64,000 bases of DNA from Patescibacteria group bacterium (lineage in GTDB: Bacteria; Patescibacteriota; Patescibacteriia; UBA10025; JAHIVO01). The notes below the pieces were generated by a model. It was not told where the DNA came from and made no database searches. It worked only from the letters and a program-made list of their open reading frames with translations. Shown piece after piece: positions 56,026 to 64,000 of this stretch. Position numbers and translations under genes: made by a program. The DNA lies in the NCBI GenBank assembly GCA_041660605.1, contig JBAZWB010000001.1, forward strand, positions 622,503 to 686,502, in the 5' to 3' direction. Within the stretch, counting starts at the first letter, position 1; the number at the start of each line of letters is the position of its first letter.

Positions 56026-57857
56026 AGAAATATTCACTAGCAGGCAATATCTATATCCCGGTACTGATAACGATAACTTTGTTTGTCAGCCTGGGCATCG
56101 TGGCTACCACTTTTATGTCCAGCCAGCATAAACTGGCTAATCAAGAAATTTATAAAGCCAAGTCATTTGAAATCGCGGAAGCCGGTACTGAATATTACCG
56201 CTGGCATTTAGCCCATGCGCAAACAGATTATCAGGATGGAACAGGCGCGCCTGGTCCCTATGTGCATACGTATAAAAATACCAGCGGTGAAAATATCGGG
56301 CAGTTTTCATTGGATATTACGCCTCCTCCTAACGGGTCTACAATTGTCTATATAAAATCATCAGGTAAAATAACTGATAAGCCAAATCTGAAAAAAATGG
56401 TAAAAGTTAAAATGGGCATCCCTTCTTTTACTAATTTCGCCGTAGCGGCCAATGATATAATGCGTTTTGGAGAAGGCACGGAAGTATTCGGCCCCATTCA
56501 TTCAAATTCGGGCATGCGTTTCGATGGTTTAGCCCATAATACGGTGACCAGCCATGAACCGACTTACACTGACCCTGATTCTGACAGATGCACTGCCCTG
56601 TCCTGGGGTGTGCATACTTGCGTAAATCCTGATGACCCTTCTCCGCCAACTGCCCTACCAACGCGCAATGACGTCTTTATGGCTGGACGTGAAGTGGATG
56701 CCGATTATCTTGATTTTGCCGGTATAACGCAGGACTTGCGAGATATGCAACTGGCGGCTGATGCAGACGGCATATACCTGACACCATCAGGAGGCAAAGG
56801 CTACCATTTGACTTTGAGGGCGGACGGGAAAATCGACATGCGGATAGTCAATTCAGAATTATACTGCCAATATTATAATGGCGGATACGGAAATTGCTCT
56901 ACCGGCGGATGTTCTAAACGAGTCTGTGCTAACCTGCCTTCACGCTCATGTACCAGAAACAGCAATTGCCCCTCATCCCCGGCACCGAGGCTTTGCCTGC
57001 CCGCGCAAACCTGCCAAATAAACGGCGACTGCCCATTGAGCGGAGTATGCCAAATGTACCCATGCAGCACTGATGGCGACTGTGACGCTGGTGGTATTTG
57101 TTCAAATTACAGAGATTTAGGCTATTGTTCCAATAATTTTAATCGTTCATGCTACCAGGACAGCGGCTGTACGTCTGGCGGTACATGCACTAAATCAAGC
57201 CATTCCATTGGTACCAGTATTGACTCAGAATCTGAATTTACATATGAATCAGCCTCTTCACTAGGCATTGACATACCTGCCAGCGGACTGATATTCGTTG
57301 AGGACGATGCCTGGATTGACGGTGTGGTTAATAATTACCGGGTGACAATTGTGGCCGCAAAAACACCTTTAGCCTCTGGCAATGCCAATATTTACCTTAA
57401 TAGCGATTTAGTCTATACTCCGCCAGGCGATGACAGCGGCGACGATGCCGTCGGTTTGATCGCCCAAAATAATATCTTAGTCGGATATTTTAGCGATAAC
57501 GATCTGGAGGTTGACGCTGCCTTAATAGCCCAAAACGGCCGGGTCGGCCGGCCTTATTACGGAATTTCCTCGTCCAGTTGGCACCTTAGCCCGGCCGGCA
57601 GCACCAATCCCGCCGGGGGTACTACCTGCGCTGAGTATCGGCAGCGGAACAGCATTACCAGCCAGGGGGCGATAGGCACATATGTTCGTTATGGCTTTGC
57701 CTGGGTAGGCAGTTTATTCACCTGCCCCGACGGGCATACCAATCAATCCGGTTATTGCACCAGAAACCTTATCTATGACGAAAACTTTTATTTTGCCCCG
57801 CCTCCCTACTTCCCTACAACCGGCCAATATCGTATAATTTCCTGGGAGGAAGAGTAA
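56022..57857 (+). CDS. PilX-like minor pilin with Cys-rich insert
   Basis: AG|NIYIPVL without Glu5; AEAGTEYYRWHLAH; C-terminal PPPYFP...IISWEE; 17-Cys insert. Confidence 0.78.
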   Translation: MKKYSLAGNIYIPVLITITLFVSLGIVATTFMSSQHKLANQEIYKAKSFEIAEAGTEYYRWHLAHAQTDYQDGTGAPGPYVHTYKNTSGENIGQFSLDITPPPNGSTIVYIKSSGKITDKPNLKKMVKVKMGIPSFTNFAVAANDIMRFGEGTEVFGPIHSNSGMRFDGLAHNTVTSHEPTYTDPDSDRCTALSWGVHTCVNPDDPSPPTALPTRNDVFMAGREVDADYLDFAGITQDLRDMQLAADADGIYLTPSGGKGYHLTLRADGKIDMRIVNSELYCQYYNGGYGNCSTGGCSKRVCANLPSRSCTRNSNCPSSPAPRLCLPAQTCQINGDCPLSGVCQMYPCSTDGDCDAGGICSNYRDLGYCSNNFNRSCYQDSGCTSGGTCTKSSHSIGTSIDSESEFTYESASSLGIDIPASGLIFVEDDAWIDGVVNNYRVTIVAAKTPLASGNANIYLNSDLVYTPPGDDSGDDAVGLIAQNNILVGYFSDNDLEVDAALIAQNGRVGRPYYGISSSSWHLSPAGSTNPAGGTTCAEYRQRNSITSQGAIGTYVRYGFAWVGSLFTCPDGHTNQSGYCTRNLIYDENFYFAPPPYFPTTGQYRIISWEEE

Positions 57858-57866
57858 TAAGATTTT

Positions 57867-58925
57867 ATGAAACTAAATCCATTTAAAAATCAAATTGGAC
57901 TAGACATCAGCGATTTTAAAATTCGTTTTATTCAATTTCAACTTAAAAAAAAGCATAAATATGAACTAAATTCTTTAGGAGAAGTATCTGTTCCTGCTGG
58001 TATCATTAAAAATGGCGAAATTATTGACGAAAAAGCCGTGTCTGATCTGATTAAATCGATTCTTATCAGGCCTACATCCGGAAGAATCAATACAAAGTTC
58101 GTAAACGCCTCTTTGCCCGAAAAAAAGATTTTTATCAAAACAATTTCCATCCCTAAAGTACCAGAAAATGAAATTGATGGGGCGGTCAGCTGGGGCATAG
58201 AGCAGAATATTCCCGTAACCATAGATCAGGTAAATTATGACTGGCAAATTATAGAAAAATCCAATAATGACCCGAGTAAAATGGATGTACTGGTGGCAGT
58301 TGCGCCAAAAACTCTGGTTGATACTTACACCAGAGTAATTCAGAATTCCGGACTGATTCTTATTGGCCTGGAAAATGAATCAATTGCCATTGCCAGATGT
58401 TTATTAGACCAGCAAATTAACAAAAATTATTCTACCATGATAATTGATTTAGGCCGGAGCAGGACAAACATAACAGTTTATGCCAATGCTTCTATACAAT
58501 TGAATGCTACCCTGGATATTAATGGTACGGAAATGACTAAACAAATTTCCAAAACATTAAAACTGTCGGAAAATGATGCAGAAAAAGCAAAAATAATTTG
58601 CGGCCTAGACAAGCGTAAAGCTAAAGCACAAATTTTTACAATTCTAGAGCCAATAATAATCAGATTGGCAAATAAAATAACCGAGTATTTATCCTACTAC
58701 AATAATTATTTCCCAAACAGTCAAAAAATTAAAAGTATTATTTTAACCGGCAGCGCCAGTAGTATGGTAGGCTTAACTGATTATTTGAAAAACTTTTTAA
58801 ACAATGATGTAAAAATTGGTGATCCCCAAATCAATTTGATCTCAACAAAAAAAGAAATAAAACACGACCTGCTCTCTTTTACCACGGCTATAGGTCTAGC
58901 TATTAAGGATTTTAATGATATATGA
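57867..58925 (+). CDS. pilM: Type IV pilus assembly protein PilM
   Basis: Actin-like fold: IGLDISD..IR, IIDLGRSRT, IILTGS, TTAIGLA. Confidence 0.9.
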   Translation: MKLNPFKNQIGLDISDFKIRFIQFQLKKKHKYELNSLGEVSVPAGIIKNGEIIDEKAVSDLIKSILIRPTSGRINTKFVNASLPEKKIFIKTISIPKVPENEIDGAVSWGIEQNIPVTIDQVNYDWQIIEKSNNDPSKMDVLVAVAPKTLVDTYTRVIQNSGLILIGLENESIAIARCLLDQQINKNYSTMIIDLGRSRTNITVYANASIQLNATLDINGTEMTKQISKTLKLSENDAEKAKIICGLDKRKAKAQIFTILEPIIIRLANKITEYLSYYNNYFPNSQKIKSIILTGSASSMVGLTDYLKNFLNNDVKIGDPQINLISTKKEIKHDLLSFTTAIGLAIKDFNDI

Positions 58926-59473
58926 TCATCTTGAATTTATTAAGTCAGGAAGAAAAAAAACATATAAGCTTAATAAAAAATTATTTTATTATTAAGAATG
59001 TTTCTTTCTTTATAATCAGTTTTTTAATAATCATCGCGACTATAACTATTTTTACGAACATTTTATTAGAAAATTATCTTCAATCCCTAGAAACTCAGAT
59101 AAAAAACGAAGTAAGCATCAGTTCCGAAGGCAAGATTGCTTCCATTGAAGAAGCTATCAAAGAACTTAACTCCCAACTGCTCTTAGCGAAAAACGTAGAA
59201 GAATCATATGTCCTTTGGACAAAAATTTTGACTTCTTTAGTGGAGAAGCTTCCGGAAGGAGTAACGCTGAACAATATAAATTTAAACAGTCAGGCAATGA
59301 CTTTAAAAATCAGTGGCACTGCCGTCAACCGTGACGCTTACTTGAATACGAAAAGTTCCTTGGAACTTGTGCCTTATTTCTCCAACATATCGTCTCCTAT
59401 TTCAAATCTAACGAAGAAAGACGATATTCCTTTTACTTTTGTCGGTCAGCTTACGAATTTAATTTATGAATAA
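58922..59473 (+). CDS. pilN: PilN-like protein
   Basis: LNLLS N-terminal motif, TM, coiled coil, LPEGV.L, ISGTA; follows pilM. Confidence 0.8.
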   Translation: MIILNLLSQEEKKHISLIKNYFIIKNVSFFIISFLIIIATITIFTNILLENYLQSLETQIKNEVSISSEGKIASIEEAIKELNSQLLLAKNVEESYVLWTKILTSLVEKLPEGVTLNNINLNSQAMTLKISGTAVNRDAYLNTKSSLELVPYFSNISSPISNLTKKDDIPFTFVGQLTNLIYE

Positions 59474-59993
59474 AATATCACTAAAATTAAAAATTTATAT
59501 CTACTCCGGCCTAACAGCAGTTATTATAGGCGGCATAATTATTTTTTTTATTTATCCTTATTATAAAGAGATTAATAAATTTAGCGATCAAATTTACGAT
59601 AATCGGGTTAAACTGGCAATCTATGAACAGCAGCGTGAAAATATCGAAACGACCAGGCAAGATTATAATAAAATAAAAAATGATCTAGACAAGATTTCAA
59701 AAATATTTATCAACCAAAATGAAATATTGGATTTAATCTCCAGCTTTGAACTAATAGCTACTAATAACGAAATAGCGCAGAATATCGATATCAAGCCTAA
59801 TGACAATGAAATTGCGGAAACTTTTAATTTTGAAATTACTGCCAGCGGAAATTGGAATAATTTATTATTATATTTTTCAAATCTCGAGCATCTAGACTAT
59901 TTTGTAGAAATAAGTAATTTAAATATTCTGGAACAAAATAATCAAATTACATTAAATTTTTCCGCCAGCATACCGATAAAACAACTAGATTGA
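59466..59993 (+). CDS. pilO: PilO-like protein
   Basis: TM, coiled coil, ITASG.W..L..YF..LE; follows pilN. Confidence 0.75.
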   Translation: MNKISLKLKIYIYSGLTAVIIGGIIIFFIYPYYKEINKFSDQIYDNRVKLAIYEQQRENIETTRQDYNKIKNDLDKISKIFINQNEILDLISSFELIATNNEIAQNIDIKPNDNEIAETFNFEITASGNWNNLLLYFSNLEHLDYFVEISNLNILEQNNQITLNFSASIPIKQLD

Positions 59994-60006
59994 AAATTAT
60001 TACTTT

Positions 60007-60288
60007 ATGAAATTTAAAATTTATTTAAAAAAAATAAAAAAATATTTGCTCAAACACCTGAATTTACTTTTGATATTAATTATCAGCATAATTTCAATCG
60101 GGATTATTTATTTTATTAATGTAAATATTTATAAAATTGTAATAGCTCCCGAAGAAATTCCGAAAAACGAAATTATTGCTAAAAAGCAAAAGGTCAATAT
60201 TGATCTGTTTAATGAAATCAGTCTGGAAATAAGTAATAAAAAAGCTGCTTCAACTGATGCTTTGCAGAACCTAAGAAACCCATTCTAG
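60007..60288 (+). CDS. Small single-TM protein at the PilP position
   Basis: One TM; ends LRNPF, resembling the PilP R.PF motif. Confidence 0.55.
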   Translation: MKFKIYLKKIKKYLLKHLNLLLILIISIISIGIIYFINVNIYKIVIAPEEIPKNEIIAKKQKVNIDLFNEISLEISNKKAASTDALQNLRNPF

Positions 60289-60309
60289 GCCGTTTACGAT
60301 TGGCAACAT

Positions 60310-60338
60310 TTGACAAGGATCGTTAAATTGATTAGTAT
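60310..60338 (+). promoter_or_regulatory. Probable rpmA promoter
   Basis: TTGACA-N17-TAGTAT. Confidence 0.6.
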
Positions 60339-60365
60339 ATAGAAAATAATTATTAACATATAAAT

Positions 60366-60647
60366 ATGGCCCACGTAAAAGGAGCAGGCACAACCAGTTT
60401 AGGCAGGGACAGCCAAGGCCAACGTCTAGGCATAAAGCTCTACGGCGGACAATTGGCGAAAAAAGGCAGTATCATTGTCAGGCAAAAAGGCACCGTTTAT
60501 CATGCCGGCAAGAATGTTAAGCGATCCGCTAACGATACTCTGTTTTCACTTATCAATGGGATTGTTTCTTTCAAAAAGAAAAAAATCAAACTTTTTAACG
60601 GACGACTGAAGGAAACAACCTTTGTGAGCATTCTTCCTTCTAAATAA
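60366..60647 (+). CDS. rpmA: 50S ribosomal protein L27
   Basis: MAHVKGAGTT.LGRDS.GQRLG.K, IIVRQ.GT..H.G.NV, DTLF. Confidence 0.97.
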   Translation: MAHVKGAGTTSLGRDSQGQRLGIKLYGGQLAKKGSIIVRQKGTVYHAGKNVKRSANDTLFSLINGIVSFKKKKIKLFNGRLKETTFVSILPSK

Positions 60648-60654
60648 ATATCAA

Positions 60655-60690
60655 AAAAAACCGCATTAGATCTTAAATTTGCGGTTTTTT
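60655..60690. terminator. Bidirectional intrinsic terminator between rpmA and pyrG
   Basis: aaaaaaccgca-N14-tgcggtttttt with A and T tracts on both sides. Confidence 0.8.
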
Positions 60691-60696
60691 GTTTTA

Positions 60697-62388
60697 TTAT
60701 TTCGAACTGGCTTTAATGAATTCCAGAAAAATAGGATGCGGTTTAAGCGGTTTTGATTTGTATTCCGGATGGCCCTGAGTAGCGATAAAGAAAGGGTGCA
60801 TGCTCTTAGGCAATTCAATAACTTCCACAAAGAAATCATCTGCTGAGGTGCCGGAGATAATCATTCCTTTTTCTTCCAGAATATTTCTATATTTATTGTT
60901 AAATTCAAATCTATGACGATGCCTCTCGGATATTTTTACGCTACCGATTGCTTTAATTTTCTCCTTAATTTTTCGCGCTTCTGAAATTACTTCACCATCG
61001 CCATATTTTAAATAGATTGAAGCAGTTAAACTCTTTTCTTTTAAATAGCAATCATACGCTCCCAAACGCATCGAAGTGCCCTCGCCTTTTATAGTTTGAT
61101 ATTTACTGGACATGGGAATGCTGTGAATTATTGGATTTTGCGTGACTGGATTTATTTCCTGCGAATTCGCGTCTTTTAGCCCAACCACATTTCTGGCAAA
61201 CTCCACGCAAGCCAACTGCATGCCATAGCAAAGGCCGAGAAACGGTATCTTCTTTTCCCTGGCGTATTTAACCGCGCTGATCTTACCCTCTGCTCCCCTG
61301 TCACCCCAGCCAATCGGCACGATGATTCCGTCAGGCTTGGCAATAATTTTTGTACCGAGTTTCTCAATATCTTCGGTATTTACTACCCGCAAAACAAGTC
61401 CGATGCCCAATTGCCAGCAGGCATGCTTGATAGCTTCAATCAAGGCGGCATAAGTATCTGATAACCCATAATCACCGGTACTATAATATTTTCCGGCAAT
61501 AACAATTTCAACTTTTTTTGTATATTTAGATTTAATTTTTTTCATTAAACGTTTCCATTCGCCCAAATGAGGTTTACGATAATTCAATTTGAAAAATTTA
61601 AGAATATTCCTGTCAAAATTTTGCTTGGCAAAAATTAACGGCAGCTCATAAATACAATTCAAGTCAGGCGCCATAATCACATTGTCTCCCGATACATTGC
61701 ATTTCAAACCAAGCAGATAGCGTCGTCTCTTATCTAACTCCGCCTCGCTTCTTAAAACTAAAAATTCCGGCATAATACCCATGCTCATAACCGTTTTCAT
61801 GGATAACTGGGTAGGCATTGTTTTTGGTTCGCCTATATGCTTAGGCATCGGCACGTAACTAACATGAATATTTAAAACTTGACCCGGCATTTTTGCTTTC
61901 ATGATCCTGCAGGCTTCATAATAAAGCATGTTTTGATATTCACCGGCCGTACCGCCTAATTCTACTATAATAATTTCATGTCCCTCGCTGGCCTGCTTGA
62001 TTCTCGAAATTATTTCATCAGAGACATGGGGAATTGCTTCAACGTCTTCTCCGTGATAGCCGAAAGAACGTTCGCGGTCTATTACGGTCTTATAAATCTG
62101 GCCCATAGTAGTGAAATTGATATGGCCCATTTCATAATTAAAAAATCTTTCGTACGTACCTAAATCCATATCTGCTTCCAAGCCGTCTTCGCATAAAAAC
62201 GGATCTCCGTGTTCAATGGGATTTATAGTGCCAGAATCGATATTAATATAATTTTCGCATTTTATTGCGCCGACTTTGTATCCCCTGTTTTTCAGCAAAT
62301 AGCCGATTGACGACGCCACCACTCCTTTTCCTAAACCTGATAAAACACCGCCTGAAACAAATATGAATTTACATTCTTTTTGGATCAT
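60697..62388 (-). CDS. pyrG: CTP synthase
   Basis: FVSGGVLSGLGKG, DLGTYERF, ELGGT.G, KTMPTQ, LGLCYGMQ, ERHRHRFE, TQGHPE. Confidence 0.97.
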   Translation of the reverse strand: MIQKECKFIFVSGGVLSGLGKGVVASSIGYLLKNRGYKVGAIKCENYINIDSGTINPIEHGDPFLCEDGLEADMDLGTYERFFNYEMGHINFTTMGQIYKTVIDRERSFGYHGEDVEAIPHVSDEIISRIKQASEGHEIIIVELGGTAGEYQNMLYYEACRIMKAKMPGQVLNIHVSYVPMPKHIGEPKTMPTQLSMKTVMSMGIMPEFLVLRSEAELDKRRRYLLGLKCNVSGDNVIMAPDLNCIYELPLIFAKQNFDRNILKFFKLNYRKPHLGEWKRLMKKIKSKYTKKVEIVIAGKYYSTGDYGLSDTYAALIEAIKHACWQLGIGLVLRVVNTEDIEKLGTKIIAKPDGIIVPIGWGDRGAEGKISAVKYAREKKIPFLGLCYGMQLACVEFARNVVGLKDANSQEINPVTQNPIIHSIPMSSKYQTIKGEGTSMRLGAYDCYLKEKSLTASIYLKYGDGEVISEARKIKEKIKAIGSVKISERHRHRFEFNNKYRNILEEKGMIISGTSADDFFVEVIELPKSMHPFFIATQGHPEYKSKPLKPHPIFLEFIKASSK

Positions 62389-62827
62389 CTTTTATAATAT
62401 TTATTTTAATTATACTTTCTTTCTTATTAACTATAATAGGGACATCATAATTTCCAATTTTTTTTATTGACTTTTCCAGTTTAATTATCTCCGGTTTAAT
62501 GCTAACACCGCAAATCTCGTTAATTTTTTTAGCAATTTTTTCCTTACCCAAACCCTGAAATAAAGTTAAATCATCATTGGCTCTTTCTTTAAAAACAATT
62601 TCTAATCCGTTCAGTTTAAGTAAAAACTTATCCTGCTCCTCAATCTTTTTTGATGCTTTTTCTGATAAGTTCTTGCGTTGTAGCTCGAATTTATTTTTCA
62701 ACGACTCGTTATAAATAACCGCTAATTTATTTGGTAATAAATAATTCCGCGCATAACCGTCAGTTACATTTTTAGACTCTCCTTGTTTTCCGAAATTTTT
62801 AACGTCTTTAATAAGTATAATTTGCAT
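62369..62827 (-). CDS. rplI: 50S ribosomal protein L9
   Basis: MQIILIKDVKNFGK.G....V.DGYARNYLLP. Confidence 0.95.
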   Translation of the reverse strand: MQIILIKDVKNFGKQGESKNVTDGYARNYLLPNKLAVIYNESLKNKFELQRKNLSEKASKKIEEQDKFLLKLNGLEIVFKERANDDLTLFQGLGKEKIAKKINEICGVSIKPEIIKLEKSIKKIGNYDVPIIVNKKESIIKINIIKDDPKRM

Positions 62828-62841
62828 ATATCTAGTATATT

Positions 62842-63117
62842 TTAGTATAAAATTTCAAAACGATCAAATTGTCGGGTACTTTGGATTTTTTTAGCCTCAA
62901 TTTTTTTAATTTTTGCTATATTTATGCCATTATTCAGCCAGCCGATAAAATCTTGTATTTTTTCCTCCTCTCCCACAATGATTATTTCAACGCTTTTGTC
63001 GGGTAAATTTTTAGCGTAGCCTTTTAGAGTTTTATCTAGTGCATACTGTCTTACTTGATACCGCAAACCAACGCCCTGGACCAAACCAAATACCAAAATG
63101 CGCCACGATTCTGCCAT
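62842..63117 (-). CDS. acyP: Acylphosphatase
   Basis: VFGLVQGVGLR, GYAKNLPD.SVE. Confidence 0.9.
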   Translation of the reverse strand: MAESWRILVFGLVQGVGLRYQVRQYALDKTLKGYAKNLPDKSVEIIIVGEEEKIQDFIGWLNNGINIAKIKKIEAKKIQSTRQFDRFEILY

Positions 63118-63119
63118 CG

Positions 63120-64000
63120 TCACTCAAGTAAATATTTTATCGCCGTGTCGAGTTGTGGATCTTTGCTGTTATTGTAATCGTCGTCGGTTAAAACTACCTG
63201 CTGGTCAGGGGTAATGCCTTCGTCATTGATAGATTTACCATTTGGAGTGTACCACTTGGCGACAGTCAATTTAAGCGATGATCCGTCTGTAAATTCCTCG
63301 TAATCTTGTATGGATCCTTTGCCATAGGTGAGTTCCCCGATTATTTTTGCGCGGTGGTAGTCTTGCAAAGCTCCAGCGACAATTTCCGATGCTGAAGCGC
63401 TGCCATTATTCACCAGTACTGCGGTTTTAATATTCAGCAATTTTGCGGTCTGTTCCGACTTATACTCCTTCTTTGAACTGCCAAAATCTTCAATGACAAT
63501 TGTCTGTTTTTCAACAAACTGGCCGGCTATCTCAACGGCGCTGTCTAGATATCCGCCTGGATTGTTTCGCATATCCAGAATTATGCCTTTCGGATCCTGC
63601 AAAATGATTTCACTGGCTAGGTTATTGAAATCGCCTGCCGTATCGCTGTCAAAATGCACTATGTCTATATAGGCAATTTTATTATCCAGCATTTTCCAGG
63701 TAACACTTTCAGTTTTTATCACATCTCTGGTTATTTCAATATCTTTTACGTCAGTTTCTCCGGCGCGCAGGACTGTCAGGACTACTTTTGTATCCTTTTT
63801 TCCGCGGATCAAACTTATAGCCTGATCAAGGCTCATCTCTGTAGTATCCTGCTGATCTATCTTCAGAATTTTATCTCCGGCCTTTAATCCGGCTTTTGCA
63901 GCAGGAGAATTCGGCAATGGGGCAATGATGGTCAACTGATTGTCTTTTATGCCAATTTCCGCGCCGATACCTTCAAAACTGCCGCTTAACTCCTTATTAA
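63120..64000 (-). CDS. S41 carboxyl-terminal processing protease (partial; frame open to the window end)
   Basis: SGSFEGIGAEIG upstream of the tracked ORF, PDZ SPA.KAGL..GD, LDMRNNPGG, GSASASEIVAGALQD, TYGKGSIQ. Confidence 0.93.
   Translation of the reverse strand, partial: NKELSGSFEGIGAEIGIKDNQLTIIAPLPNSPAAKAGLKAGDKILKIDQQDTTEMSLDQAISLIRGKKDTKVVLTVLRAGETDVKDIEITRDVIKTESVTWKMLDNKIAYIDIVHFDSDTAGDFNNLASEIILQDPKGIILDMRNNPGGYLDSAVEIAGQFVEKQTIVIEDFGSSKKEYKSEQTAKLLNIKTAVLVNNGSASASEIVAGALQDYHRAKIIGELTYGKGSIQDYEEFTDGSSLKLTVAKWYTPNGKSINDEGITPDQQVVLTDDDYNNSKDPQLDTAIKYLLE

Noticed and set aside
62828-62849. Tandem TATACT boxes suggesting a leaderless rplI mRNA
   Set aside because: No -35 or TGn element at a suitable distance; too weak in AT-rich DNA.
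1680-63887. Many short antisense or alternate-frame ORFs in the track (e.g. 20833-21246, 32036-32440, 41075-41281, 50667-51209)
   Set aside because: Shadows of well-supported genes with no motifs of their own.
1-64000. Alternative genetic code (UGA=Gly, as in Gracilibacteria/Absconditabacteria)
   Set aside because: Long conserved genes translate intact in code 11, and TGA ends several genes at expected positions (e.g. the ATGA overlaps murG/murC and agmatinase/FmdE).

Overview
AT-rich bacterial chromosomal window in genetic code 11. Its gene content points to a Patescibacteria/CPR (Parcubacteria-like) genome (inference from the compact AlaRS, orphan VirD4/TraD-like ATPase, sigma-r4/HTH protein, FG-GAP L,D-transpeptidase and CPR-style type IV pilus locus). 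Left to right: a Wzx-type surface-glycan cluster joined to the infA-rpmJ-rpsM-rpsK-rpsD-rpoA-rplQ-rplM-rpsI operon; alaS, mnmA, an OLD-family nuclease and a dual-specificity phosphatase; Lia-like membrane proteins; a TraD-like ATPase module; secDF; a small accessory block; secA; a six-gene polyamine operon; a dcw cluster; a GT-C glycosyltransferase and type IV pilus operon; rpmA, pyrG, rplI, acyP and a partial S41 protease. I saw no rRNA, tRNA, CRISPR array, transposase or integrase. Best candidate for an undescribed system: an operon of arginine decarboxylase, non-canonical PurD-like ATP-grasp ligase, deoxyhypusine-synthase-like enzyme, agmatinase, FmdE-like protein and ECF S component, predicted to make an acylated or conjugated polyamine. 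Other notable observations: RpoA with its alpha-CTD replaced by an AT-hook, SecD with an apparently circularly permuted parvulin domain, a non-biotinylatable BCCP-like gene inside the dcw cluster, a membrane-anchored peptide with scorpion-toxin/defensin-like Cys spacing, and apparently nested Cys modules in a PilX-like pilin. All family calls come from motif recognition by eye; no database searches were run.
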